64,000 bases of DNA from an uncultured Acidobacteriota bacterium (GCA_964574335.1 CAZNNH010000001.1:2928-66927), one strand, 5' to 3'; positions 50,683 through 60,099 are shown, counted from the first letter of the stretch. Notes: generated from the letters alone by a model not told the origin. Made by a program: numbers and translations.

Positions 50683-53358
50683 TCACTGAGGCAGCGTCTG
50701 CGAGCCGGTCACCTCGAAGCTTGCGGTCACCGCGCCGGGGAACTCGTCCGGCTGGGCGCCGCCGACCGCCACGGTGTACGAGCCGGGCACGATCACCCGC
50801 TCGCCCTTCTCGTTCACCTGACCCAGGGTGCGGGGATCGATCTGGATCCGGACGTGCGCCGTCGCACCGGCCTCGACGTGGACGCGCTGGAACCCGGCCA
50901 GGGTCCGCAGCGGCGTCAGCGCGGCCTTCGGCTGGGTCAGGTAGACCTCGACCACCTCGTCGCCGGCGCGGCTGCCAGCGTTTCTGACATCGACCTCGAG
51001 GCTCACCGGCTCACCCGCCGCCAGCGACGGGCTCGACAGCTTCAGCTTGGCGTACTGGAACTCCGAGTAGCTCAAGCCGAAACCGAAGCCGTAGAGGGGC
51101 TTGCCCTTGAAGTAGCGGTAGGTGCGGTCGGCCATCGAGTACTCCTCGAACGGCGGAAGCTGGTCGACCGACGCGTAGAAGGTGAGGGGGAGCCGTCCGG
51201 CGGGGTTGTTGTCGCCGGCCAGGGTCTCGGCGATGGCGGTGCCGCCCTCCTCGCCGGGGTACCAGGCCTCGAGGACGGCACCGGCGTAGCCGTGCTCCTC
51301 GGGGACGGCCAGGGCGCTGCCGCTGCTCAAGACGACGACCAGCGGCCGGCCGGCGGCGTGGAGGGCCTTCAGCAGCTCGCGCTGGACCCGGGGCAGGCGG
51401 ATGTCGGTGCGGTCTCCGCCCTCGAACCCCGGCAGCTCCACGCGCATCTCCTCGCCTTCGAGCTGCGGCGAGAGGCCCACGAACGCCACCACTACGTCGG
51501 CCTTCTTGGCCACCGCCACCGCCTCGTCGACCAGGGCGGTGACCGGAGGCTGCCAGGTGAGGTCGATGCCGGCCGCCGCGGTGCTGTGCATGTACTCGAG
51601 ACGGATGGCGTGCGGCTCGGTGCCGTCGAAATGCAGGGCTGCCTCGGTCTTCCCCTCCTCGCTGCTGTCGGCGATCTGCTTGTCGTCGAGGTAGAGGCGG
51701 AACTGCTCGTGGCTCTCGCAGGCGTAGCAGAAGGCCACCCGCGCCCCCAGCTTGTAGTCGCCCGCGGCGGAAGGCACCAGGGTGCCGGTCCAGCGCACCG
51801 AGAAGTCGTTGCGCTGCAGCCCGGCCACCGGGACCGCCTTGTCCCAGTTGAAGTTGACGCTGCGATCCACGCGGACCGCCACCGGCTTGCCGCTGAAGTC
51901 GGGGGTGCTGAAGTACTCGCCGGTCAGCCCCGGCTGGCCGTCGGCGCTGCGCAGCGCCGTGTGCGCGATGGGAACCGCGAAGCCCTCCGCCAGGCTGGAC
52001 CCCTGGGCGTAGAGGACGGTCCGGTCCTTGAACCGGCGCTCGATGCCGGCGATCGGCGAGACCGGGTCGGGGGGGGTGCCGTTGTAGTTGCCCTGCAGCG
52101 ACTGGACCAGCTCGGCGGTGGGTCCGACCACGGCGATGGTGCGGGCCTCGGGCGACAGCGGCAGCAGCCCGCCCTCGTTCTTCAGCAGCACGATCGCCTT
52201 GCGGGCCGCCTCGAGCGCCATCGCCCGGTGCTGGGCCGAGTCGACCTCCGAGAACGGGATGCGGCCATAGGCGTAGGACTCGGCCGGGTCGAACATCCCC
52301 AGGCGGAAGCGGGCCGTGAACAGCCGCGTCAGGGCCCGGTCCAGGTCGGCCTCGGTGACCAGGCCCTGCTTCAGCGACTCCGCCAGCGTGTCGTAGGCCT
52401 TGGCCTGGCCGTACTGGCACTCCAGGTCGGTGCCGGCCTTGAGGGCGGCGGCGGCGGCGTGGGGGTAGTCGGGGGCGAACTTGTGCCCGGTGGCCACGTC
52501 CCCGACGGCGGCGCAGTCGGAGACGACGTAGCCGTCGAACCCCCAGGCGGCGCGCAGGTGGTCCTCGAGCAGCATGGTGCTGGTGCAGGCCGGGAAGCCG
52601 TCGACGGCGTTGTAGGCGCACATCACCGACTGGGCGTGCGCCTGGGTGATCGCGGCCCGGAAGGCCGGCAGGTAGGTGTCTTCGAGGTCGTGGGCAGAGA
52701 CGTCCACGTTGAAGCCGTGGCGCAGCGGCTCCGGCCCGCTGTGGACGGCGAAGTGCTTGGGTGTGGACACGACCTTGAGGTGCTTGGGGTCGTCGCCCTG
52801 CATGCCGGAGACGAAGGCCACGGCCATCCGGCCGGTGAGGAACGGGTCCTCGCCGTAGGTCTCCTGCCCCCGTCCCCAGCGCGGATCGCGGAAGATGTTC
52901 ACGTTGGGCGCCCAGAAGGTGAGCCCGAAGAACATCTCGTGGTGGTCCTCGCGTTTCGCTTGGTGGTACTTGGCCCGCGCCTCGGTGGAGATGGTCTCGG
53001 CCATCCGGTGGACCAGGTCGGTGTCCCAGGTGGCGGCCATCCCGATCACCTGCGGGAAGTTGGTGGCGTAGCCGCCGAAGGCGACGCCGTGCAGGCTCTC
53101 GTTCCACCAGTCGTAGCGGGGCACGCCCAGCCGCGGGATGGCGGCGGCGTGGTCACGCATCTGGGAGACCTTCTCCTCGAGCGTCATGCGCGAGACCAGG
53201 TCCTCGACGCGCCTCTCGATGGGCGCCGACACGTCGAGATAGGCCGCGTCAGCGGGCGCGGCCGGGGTCTGGGCCGCGGCGGGCGAACCCGCCGCCCAGG
53301 CCAGGAGCAGGGCCAAAGGCAGTCCGAAATGGGCAGAAATCGAAGCATGACGCAGCAA
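50683..53358 (-). CDS. GH3 beta-glucosidase/xylosidase with PA14 and Fn3-like domains
   Basis: WNESLHGV, RDPRWGRGQETYGEDP, KHFAVH, YVVSDC nucleophile, LEGEE, AWYPGEEGG, PLYGFGFGLSYS; TTG start with RBS. Confidence 0.95.
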   Translation of the reverse strand: MLRHASISAHFGLPLALLLAWAAGSPAAAQTPAAPADAAYLDVSAPIERRVEDLVSRMTLEEKVSQMRDHAAAIPRLGVPRYDWWNESLHGVAFGGYATNFPQVIGMAATWDTDLVHRMAETISTEARAKYHQAKREDHHEMFFGLTFWAPNVNIFRDPRWGRGQETYGEDPFLTGRMAVAFVSGMQGDDPKHLKVVSTPKHFAVHSGPEPLRHGFNVDVSAHDLEDTYLPAFRAAITQAHAQSVMCAYNAVDGFPACTSTMLLEDHLRAAWGFDGYVVSDCAAVGDVATGHKFAPDYPHAAAAALKAGTDLECQYGQAKAYDTLAESLKQGLVTEADLDRALTRLFTARFRLGMFDPAESYAYGRIPFSEVDSAQHRAMALEAARKAIVLLKNEGGLLPLSPEARTIAVVGPTAELVQSLQGNYNGTPPDPVSPIAGIERRFKDRTVLYAQGSSLAEGFAVPIAHTALRSADGQPGLTGEYFSTPDFSGKPVAVRVDRSVNFNWDKAVPVAGLQRNDFSVRWTGTLVPSAAGDYKLGARVAFCYACESHEQFRLYLDDKQIADSSEEGKTEAALHFDGTEPHAIRLEYMHSTAAAGIDLTWQPPVTALVDEAVAVAKKADVVVAFVGLSPQLEGEEMRVELPGFEGGDRTDIRLPRVQRELLKALHAAGRPLVVVLSSGSALAVPEEHGYAGAVLEAWYPGEEGGTAIAETLAGDNNPAGRLPLTFYASVDQLPPFEEYSMADRTYRYFKGKPLYGFGFGLSYSEFQYAKLKLSSPSLAAGEPVSLEVDVRNAGSRAGDEVVEVYLTQPKAALTPLRTLAGFQRVHVEAGATAHVRIQIDPRTLGQVNEKGERVIVPGSYTVAVGGAQPDEFPGAVTASFEVTGSQTLPQ

Positions 53359-53530
53359 GGGATCCCTCCGTGGCAGGTAGACGGGGACAGGATACTCGAA
53401 GGGGGTGAGGATCTCTAGGCTTCCGGGGGCCGCCGGATTCCGATCCAGGCGACGGTCCACCAGAGGGACAGCGCCGCCGTCCCCGTGAAGACCCATCGAA
53501 AGGCCGGGCGGCCCCCCGAGGGAGCGGAGG

Positions 53531-54064
53531 TCACGGACGCTCCCCGTCCAGCCAGGGAAAGACCTCGGACTCCAGGATCTCCTTCCACCGAGCGCACACG
53601 GCCTCGACCTCCTCCTGGGTCCGGAAGGCGAGCTCCCCGTCGCGCATATCCAGGCGGTGCCAGTCGAAACGTTCCACGTCGGCCTCGCTGCTGAACCGCG
53701 CCACGTCCATGCCGAACCGACCGCCGAACCTGCTGCGCCCCATGTATAGCGAATGGGTGACGCGGCCGCGTTTCCTCTCGAGGACGACCCCCTCCTTCCA
53801 CGGCCCTCCAGGCACGCTCGCGAAGCCGGCGTCGAGAATCGTCGGCAGGAGCACCTTCCGGATGGTGGGCGACAGGCGGACCTTCCGCGGGTCCGTCGAG
53901 CCCACGAAGGCGGCGCGAACCGAGTAGGTCGCGTTGAGGCTGGCGGCCTCGCGCATCAGCTCCCTGGCGCGCTCGAGGTCGCCGGCGGCGGCCGCCTGGT
54001 CCGAGTAGACGCTCAGCTCGTACGATCGGCTCTTCTTCTCGTCGATCTCGTGCAGCCCTATCAC
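53531..54064 (-). CDS. Cassette-like hypothetical protein (distal)
   Basis: 177 aa, RBS GAGGAGG, co-oriented with the array. Confidence 0.65.
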   Translation of the reverse strand: MIGLHEIDEKKSRSYELSVYSDQAAAAGDLERARELMREAASLNATYSVRAAFVGSTDPRKVRLSPTIRKVLLPTILDAGFASVPGGPWKEGVVLERKRGRVTHSLYMGRSRFGGRFGMDVARFSSEADVERFDWHRLDMRDGELAFRTQEEVEAVCARWKEILESEVFPWLDGERP

Positions 54065-54100
54065 GGCTCCTCCTCGAGACGGCCGGCGCTTTGCAGCATC

Positions 54101-54550
54101 CTACATGACCCACATTCCGATCCTGCCCTGGTAGACCTTCGACACGACACCGTTCTCCATGTCGACGAACAGATACCGCTGGCTGTATCGGTCGGGCGCG
54201 CTCGGCTCGCTTCGTATCGGGTAGAGCGAGGTTCCCTGGGCGGGATCGTGCTGCTGAGCCTGGTCCCAGAACACGTGGTACACATCGGGTTCGGACTGAT
54301 CGGCATCTGACGAACGCGTCACCGACGCGCCGAACACGGGAGGCTCGCCCACGGTCCCTCTGACCTCTTGGAGGGTCATGCCAGCGTGCAGGGCATCGGC
54401 AACCGCTGCTTCGATCGGATTCTCACGCGGGTACCACCGGAGCTTGAAGGACGCCGGCAGAGAGGGCGTTCGCGCCGCACATCCGCACGAACACCACAGC
54501 AGCCCGAGCAGGAGCATCTCCGAGACGGCTCGCCCGACGGCCTGCCTCAT
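54101..54550 (-). CDS. Cassette-like hypothetical lipoprotein
   Basis: Lipobox-like LWCSCGC and SmpA/OmlA-like GMT..EV...VGEP. Confidence 0.6.
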   Translation of the reverse strand: MRQAVGRAVSEMLLLGLLWCSCGCAARTPSLPASFKLRWYPRENPIEAAVADALHAGMTLQEVRGTVGEPPVFGASVTRSSDADQSEPDVYHVFWDQAQQHDPAQGTSLYPIRSEPSAPDRYSQRYLFVDMENGVVSKVYQGRIGMWVM

Positions 54551-54601
54551 GCGCCCTCCCACGCCGACGTCGGCAGGACACCCAGGACCAGGTGTATCCG
54601 A

Positions 54602-55387
54602 TCAGCGCCCCTGGAGCTCCGCCACCGCCTCGGCCAGCCGTCCGATCAGCGCCGCCTCCTCCGGGACGTCCATGGGCGCGAAGCAGTCGAGGTACTCGTC
54701 TATCCGGGACAGCAGCGGACCCACTGTGTCGAGCAGGTGCCGCACCTCGCTCGGGTCCGCCGCCTCCAGCAGCGCCCCGCGCTCCACGTCGTCCCCGACC
54801 GCCCACCTCGCGACCAGCGGCGCCAGTGGTCTCAGATCGGGGGGCAGCCGTTCGACGTTGAGACGGAGACCGTCAACGATCCGGCCGTCCTGCGCCGTGG
54901 CGGGCCCGGTCGCCAGGCGGGCGGCGACCTCCGCCAGGCTCGACAACGTCTCCACGGTTGCCCGTGCCGGCCGAACCACCGCCACCAGGTCGCCGTGGCT
55001 CACGAAGAGGGGCTCTCGCCGCGAGCAGCCGAGGCCCGCCAGGGCAGCGGCATTCTCCCCGTCCGCAAGCCAGTCGTCCGTGGTCGACCCGGAAAGGGTG
55101 GCGTGCACGAAGAGCGGCACGGAGGCCAGTAGCGGAGGGGACTCACGTCGTTCGGTCACCAGCGACCTGAGGTTCGGGGCGCCGAGGGCAAAGAAGGCCG
55201 TTCCCTCGAAGCCCCTCATCCAGACGGACACCGCCCGGCCCGCGCCGATCCGGGTCTTGTAGCCGCGGTATTCGAAGCACGCCTCGCGCCTCTCGAATCC
55301 GCACCAGCCGGAGACCCAGCACCTCTCCGCTTCGGCGCCGACCAGCGACGCCAACCTCGAGACGGCGTGTCGGGTTCGGAATCCCAT
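54602..55387 (-). CDS. Cassette-like hypothetical protein
   Basis: 261 aa; C-terminal LP..LRPLAPLV.RWAVGDDVER motif. Confidence 0.65.
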   Translation of the reverse strand: MGFRTRHAVSRLASLVGAEAERCWVSGWCGFERREACFEYRGYKTRIGAGRAVSVWMRGFEGTAFFALGAPNLRSLVTERRESPPLLASVPLFVHATLSGSTTDDWLADGENAAALAGLGCSRREPLFVSHGDLVAVVRPARATVETLSSLAEVAARLATGPATAQDGRIVDGLRLNVERLPPDLRPLAPLVARWAVGDDVERGALLEAADPSEVRHLLDTVGPLLSRIDEYLDCFAPMDVPEEAALIGRLAEAVAELQGR

Positions 55388-55506
55388 GCCGACAGCATCC
55401 CGTGTCTGAGCCAGCGGGACGCCTCCGCCGGCCGCTCAAGACGCTTCCTACCTGGCAACCCTGGCCAGCTTCACACGATGGTCCGCCGCCAGCCCGCTGG
55501 CTCGGA
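55388..55506 (-). other. Degenerate attC site (5th)
   Basis: Arms resemble the other attCs (ggtccgccgccagcccgctggctcgga; gccgac...ctgagcc) but the cores are mutated. Confidence 0.4.
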
Positions 55507-55986
55507 CCCGCCCCCCCACCTCAGCACGAGCGCAACCACTGCGCCGAGGCAGAGGGTCACCGCACCCGCAGCATACCCGACTGCGACGAACCGTTCTCCC
55601 GCGATCCTGCTCCCGAGAACCGCGGAGTTCGCAACTGGCCACAGGGCACCGCCGAGGAGGATCGACAGCGTCATCCTGGAGACGGCTCCCCGCAAGGCCG
55701 CCACGACTGGCAGGAGGAGGCTCACCATGACGGCGAGCCCGAGGTAGCCCCTGAGGAACCACCCCAGCGGGAATCGATAGACGGCGGGCGTGGGACGGCC
55801 ATCGACTCCCTGCGCCTCCTCCGGGTGCGGCTCCGGATCCAGCACAGCATTCCCCAGCGAGGCGTACTGCGTGCAGTGCAGGTTGACCTCGAAGAGGGCG
55901 GCAAAAGCGATGGCGCCGCCAAGGGCCAGTGCTGCTGCCACCCAACGGGAAAGCCAAGGGCTACGTGGCCATCGCCGGGGCCTCAT
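55471..55986 (-). CDS. Cassette membrane protein
   Basis: 4 hydrophobic segments; follows the GTTCGGT core. Confidence 0.6.
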   Translation of the reverse strand: MRPRRWPRSPWLSRWVAAALALGGAIAFAALFEVNLHCTQYASLGNAVLDPEPHPEEAQGVDGRPTPAVYRFPLGWFLRGYLGLAVMVSLLLPVVAALRGAVSRMTLSILLGGALWPVANSAVLGSRIAGERFVAVGYAAGAVTLCLGAVVALVLRWGGGSEPAGWRRTIV

Positions 55987-56051
55987 GGATTCGCTCCGAC
56001 GATGCCGCGTCCGGATTCCTTTAGCCAGCGCATCCGATCCTCCGACTGTCG

Positions 56052-56159
56052 ACCGAACGCTGGCGATAGCCTGCAAGGCGCGGGTGGATGACGATGGCCC
56101 GCGAAGCGGGTCCGGCTGGACCTACACCACGCTTGGTCTGCTTCACCGCCTTCTTGGGC
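56052..56159 (-). other. attC site (4th)
   Basis: R'' GCCCAAG, 5 nt, L'' GGTGAAGC ... L' GGCTATC, 6 nt, R' GTTCGGT. Confidence 0.7.
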
Positions 56160-56180
56160 CACCCACGCTTCCGGGAATCC

Positions 56181-56663
56181 CTAGCCTGCCCAGGAAAACA
56201 GCACCTTCTCATACTGGGCGCCCTGATAGTAGTAGTCGTGCCTGACGGTCACGCTTCCCACCTTCCACGTGCTCGGTACAATCTGGACCAGTTCCTCGCC
56301 AATGGTGTGGGGCAGCCCCAGCGTTCCGGGACCCAGCCACCCAACCAGAAGGTCCTGCCAGTTGTCGAACGCTTGTCGCCTCCGCCGCTTCGGACTCCTC
56401 AGGAACTCCACCTGGAAGAGTCGACCCGCCTTGCGAGGCCTGAAGCGTAGCTCCAACTCGGTCTCGAAGCCCCCGAGAAGCTGACAGCGGGCGCGGAGTC
56501 GCCCGGGGCCCACGCCTCGAACGCGCGCGCTTCTGAGTAGCTGAAGGGCGTCGGCTTCCGGAGTGCCCCAGGGGAGACAGACCTGCGGCCTTTCGAGAGG
56601 GAAGCTGCCACTGAAGTCGTGCCCGCTTGGCGCATCTGTCACGCGCTCACCCTTCGCCCTCAT
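56181..56663 (-). CDS. Cassette hypothetical protein
   Basis: 160-aa ORF exactly between two attC sites. Confidence 0.6.
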   Translation of the reverse strand: MRAKGERVTDAPSGHDFSGSFPLERPQVCLPWGTPEADALQLLRSARVRGVGPGRLRARCQLLGGFETELELRFRPRKAGRLFQVEFLRSPKRRRRQAFDNWQDLLVGWLGPGTLGLPHTIGEELVQIVPSTWKVGSVTVRHDYYYQGAQYEKVLFSWAG

Positions 56664-56673
56664 TTCAATGTCG

Positions 56674-56781
56674 GCCCAGGGCTGCCGATAGCCTGCAGGG
56701 TGCGAATCGATGAAGACGGCCCGCGGAGCGGGCCACCCTTCTGCTCTCTTGCGTATTGTCAGCTTTGTGCGGTCGTTCTGC
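56674..56781 (-). other. attC site (3rd, eroded)
   Basis: R'' GCAGAAC intact; R' mutated to CCTGGGC. The central part is nearly identical to attC 1 and 4 (tgcgaatcgatgaagac-ggcccgc-gcgggcc). Confidence 0.65.
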
Positions 56782-56792
56782 GACTCCCGCTC

Positions 56793-57400
56793 TCAATAGA
56801 CAAGTAGTGCGCCACGGGGCCATTCGCCCGTCCAGCCACAAGGGAAGCAGCCATTCTCGAACACCAACAGCAGCTCCAGGAAGAAACAGGCGCGATGCCC
56901 GGTGAACATGTAGCTGTTCGCCATGAGAGCGCCAAGCACGTCCCACCGGATCGAGTAGAGAACCGCGTCCTGAACGCCAAGGCGGCGCACCACGGGCTCC
57001 AGTGTCTCCGACAGGAGCGGCTCGAGCACCTGCGTCTTGTGCGCGGCAACGATCTCGTTCCACCGCCGATAGTCGTCACGCGCGGGGAGCGTGAGCCAGA
57101 GGGTGAGCTGGTTCTGAGCCTCGAGCTGAACGTTCTCTCAGTGAGCGCACCGGAGGACTGGACGGCGTCCCGCCAGGAGGCGAGTCGCTGGACGGGGACC
57201 GAGAGATCCCAGCTCGCGTCTTTGCCGCATTGGGAGAGCCAGGGGGCTCTTCGGATTCGGCCAACGACGTCGCTCTCCTCCAGATCCAGCTTGGACACGT
57301 ACCCCGGCGGGGGCGACGCCATCGCACGCAGCATCCCCGAGTTCAGATCGACATAGTGAACCTCGGGATCAGGCGTCTTCTTCTTCCGCCACCAGATCAT
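56793..57400 (-). pseudogene. Frameshifted cassette gene (possible polymorphic-toxin immunity-type protein)
   Basis: The N-part (...SWRDAVQSSGALT) shifts frame near 57140 into ENVQLEAQNQLT...RWDVLGALM...GCFPCGWTGEWPRGALLVY*. Confidence 0.65.
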
Positions 57401-57415
57401 GCGGTATCTCCGTAC

Positions 57416-57515
57416 GCAGAACGCTGACGATCACTTTCGAGGTGCGCCTCGATGACGCGGGGCGTCACTGGGGACCGTCCACGCGATCTTCGTCTAGTGC
57501 ATCGTCCTGGTCGTC
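57416..57515 (-). other. attC site (2nd)
   Basis: R'' GACGACC (mutated), AGGAC, L'' GATGCACT ... L' AGTGATC, GTCAGC, R' GTTCTGC. L boxes pair perfectly with one extrahelical G. Confidence 0.8.
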
Positions 57516-58052
57516 GGCTCGACTCCTCGTCGGAAGCGTTGCTTCAAGCCGAGCTCGCAAACGTGCTAGTTCTTGGAGGCACGCCTTCTTCTGGTCCTCC
57601 AGCGGGGGGTCCGCAACACCGGCAAGGGCCTCGAGGCGGCGGTCTACGAGGCCAAGGATGACATCGGTTGGACGATCATCCTCGATCTGCCCGAAGCCGT
57701 AACCCCCACAGGTGTGCTTCACGTCAAGAATGCCGCGCCGCACTAGCCCAAGAACGCCGGTTGGATTTCGGGGGAGAGCCTCCTGAACCGAGATGGCGAG
57801 GCCTTCCGCGGGGCCTGCGTCGGAAACCGGATAGAGCTCAGCAGCGATCTCAAGCCACTCCGGCCGACCAGTGGCTATGCCGTTGGCCAGCGCCTCCTCG
57901 GCCTCCGTATCGCTGAAGAGCTGCCGCAACGCCTCGCGGGCTCCCCGCTCCCTGATCAGCTTCCGCACCTGTGCCGCGTCGGCGCCTGTTCTTGACGGTG
58001 CCTGCCCGACGAGAAGAACGCCTGCCGCGACGAGGGCCCCTGCTACCGTCAT
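57465..58052 (-). CDS. Cassette secreted hypothetical protein (paralogue of 9592..10143)
   Basis: Signal peptide; ALPRNP.GVLGLV motif; reads into the attC. Confidence 0.75.
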   Translation of the reverse strand: MTVAGALVAAGVLLVGQAPSRTGADAAQVRKLIRERGAREALRQLFSDTEAEEALANGIATGRPEWLEIAAELYPVSDAGPAEGLAISVQEALPRNPTGVLGLVRRGILDVKHTCGGYGFGQIEDDRPTDVILGLVDRRLEALAGVADPPLEDQKKACLQELARLRARLEATLPTRSRADDQDDALDEDRVDGPQ

Positions 58053-58093
58053 GACCTAGAGCCTCTCAAGATGGCTCGCACTCTGCTTTGTCC

Positions 58094-58202
58094 GGCGAAC
58101 GCCGGCGATCAGCTGCCAGCTGCGAATAGATGAAGACTGCCGCCGAAGGGGTGCCTACCTTTGAATTCCCTGCAGATTGTCTGCTGCATCGCCTTGTTCG
58201 CC
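58094..58202 (-). other. attC site (1st, canonical)
   Basis: R'' GGCGAAC, AAGGC, L'' GATGCAGC ... L' GCTGATC, GCCGGC, R' GTTCGCC: a perfect 7-5-8 / 7-6-7 layout. Confidence 0.9.
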
Positions 58203-58673
58203 TGCCCCTTGCCCTACGCCATCCCGTCTCATCCTGTTCCCCGCCCACCAACCCACGGCTACCGCCACGACTCCGATGCCGAAGTCGAGCCACACAACCC
58301 AGGTCCGTAGGATGAGGGTCCAGAACCACGAACTCCCCCAGGTGTAGGCATTGAAGAACGGCCCGCACTTCACCGCCGCTGGAAAGGCAGTCAGTGCGAC
58401 CGCTCCCGCTGCTGTCGCGAGCATCGAGCAGCCGGTCCTCCCGCAGACCAGCCCCGCTGCTAGCCACGCCATCCAGGAGATCACGACCATCGCGCTGTAG
58501 TTCCACCGGGCATCGTGCCCACTCTCTACGACGCCGAGCACTCCGGCAACGACGACCAACGCGACGGCCATCCACGCTGCGGCGAAGAACACCACGACTA
58601 CACGAGTGGCCTGGGTCGGCACCAAGTGCTCGATCCTCTTCCACCCCCTACGCGCTACGCCGTTTGACGTCAC
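58155..58673 (-). CDS. First cassette: membrane hypothetical protein
   Basis: 4 TM segments; starts 16 nt after the GTTCGCC core. Confidence 0.65.
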   Translation of the reverse strand: MTSNGVARRGWKRIEHLVPTQATRVVVVFFAAAWMAVALVVVAGVLGVVESGHDARWNYSAMVVISWMAWLAAGLVCGRTGCSMLATAAGAVALTAFPAAVKCGPFFNAYTWGSSWFWTLILRTWVVWLDFGIGVVAVAVGWWAGNRMRRDGVGQGAGEQGDAADNLQGIQR

Positions 58674-58688
58674 TAGGCCTCGTTGTCA

Positions 58689-58750
58689 GGCGAACAATTG
58701 GTAGGTCGCACCCAGAACCTCCGGTTCGGGGCGATATCGCCGCGAGGATA
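58689..58750 (-). other. Putative attI site
   Basis: ...GCGACCTACCAATT-GTTCGCC downstream of the intI stop. The core is complementary to the first cassette's R'' (GGCGAAC) and there is no attC-type inverted arm upstream. Confidence 0.55.
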
Positions 58751-58815
58751 GCGAATATCTGCGTTCCGATAAAGGCGTTGTGGCCGCGGACGGGCGGGCG
58801 CGCTGCCGGTCGACA

Positions 58816-59811
58816 TCAGCCGAGGCTGTCCAGGGGGCTCCGGATCCGTCGCTTGATCGGGTTCATGATGTGGATGTAGATCATGGTGGTCCTGACATCC
58901 TTGTGACCGAGAAGCTCTTGGACGGTGCGGATGTCGTGGCCGTCTTCGAGCAGGTGGGTCGCGAGGCTGTGCCTCAGGCTATGGACCCTGCCCGGCTTGG
59001 GGATGCCCGAGGCGCGCATGGCGATCGCGAACTCGCGCTGCAGGAAGGACTTGTGTACGTGGTAGCGCTGACGTTGCCGGGTCTCAGGATCGAAGTGGAT
59101 CCGCGCGGCTGGGAATACCCACTGCCAGGGCCATTCACGGTGCGCCGACGGGTACTTCCGGCCCAGCGCATCCGGGAGGTACACGCTGCCGGCGGCCCGG
59201 CGCAAGTCGAGGTCGTGCCGGCGCTTGATCTCGGCGAGGTGCTTCCTGAGCGGTTCGAGCAGCGAGCGCGCGAAGAGGGTGCCGCGGTCCTTCTGACCCT
59301 TCCCGTTCCGCACCACGACTTCCGGCGTGGTGAAGTCCAGGTCCTGCACACGGAGGGCGCAGCACTCGATCAGGCGAAGGCCTGAGCCGTAGAGCAACGC
59401 CGACATCAATGCTGGCACTCCGTGGAGGTATGCCAGCACGGCCGACACCTCCTCACGGCTGAGGACCAAGGGAAGACGCTTCGGTCGCTTGGCCCGCGGC
59501 GTCGTCTCGAGCCCCTCGAGCTTCATCTCGAGGACCTCGCGGTAGAGGAACAGCAGCGCCGAGAAGGCCTGGCTCTGGGTCGAGGCGCTGACCTTCTTCC
59601 GAATGGCAAGGTGGGTCCGGAAGCCCCGGACCTGCGGGCCTCCCATCTCCTTGGGGTGCTTGACGCCATGGAAGAACATGTAGCGCTTGATCCAGCCGAC
59701 GTAGGCCTTTTCGGTGCTGGGGCTCTAGTGGCGGGTGGGGAGGGCCTGGCGGACGCGGTCCAGCAGGCGTGGGGCCGAAGGGCGATGTTGTGGCGTGTCG
59801 GCAGAGCACAT
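58816..59811 (-). pseudogene. intI: Integron integrase with a premature TAG
   Basis: ATG 59811 (RBS GAGGTG): [29 protein letters not shown], with TAG at 59725-59727 replacing the conserved Tyr of RHYS. R-K-H-R-H-Y catalytic residues and the IntI patch ([21 protein letters not shown]) are present. Confidence 0.92.
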
Positions 59812-60099
59812 GCTCACCTCCAGGGCTCGGCAACGGCCTTGACACCGCCGGGGAGAGAGTAGGCGGGGGCGTCTTCAGAGGACGGTACTCGAGGGGGGTG
59901 CCTGGGCGGGTCCGGTGGTTCACGGTTTCCAGACCGGGCTCGTGGGATGCCCGGAGCGGGGCCACGACGGCCTCGGCACTTGGCGGGGCTGGAGATCCGG
60001 TCGCCCGAGGTGGCGTGGGAAACCCGGCCTGTAAACGCCACACCCGTTGGGACGGCTACGCACTCGAGAGGCCGAAGCGGCCTCCAGGAGGAGCCAGAC

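Larger units (their letters stand above)
53531..59811 (-). mobile_element. Chromosomal integron, inverted-integrase arrangement, with a decayed cassette array
   Basis: Integron integrase pseudogene followed at its 3' end by a GTTCGCC core, a run of co-oriented short ORFs, and attC sites. Confidence 0.85.

Noticed and set aside
53531-58202. Repeated attC centres as a CRISPR-like array
   Set aside because: The repeats are imperfect hairpins separated by whole ORFs of 500-800 bp, have an R/L box layout, and no cas genes are present.
59812-60060. LexA/SOS box upstream of intI
   Set aside because: No convincing CTGT-N8-ACAG or GTTC-N7-GTTC motif found by eye.
60068-60084. Second SECIS-like hairpin GAGGCCG-AAG-CGGCCTC
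   Set aside because: No upstream in-frame UGA, a different loop, and an intergenic position. It does show that this stem can arise independently, which is a caveat for the 42.6-kb SECIS call.
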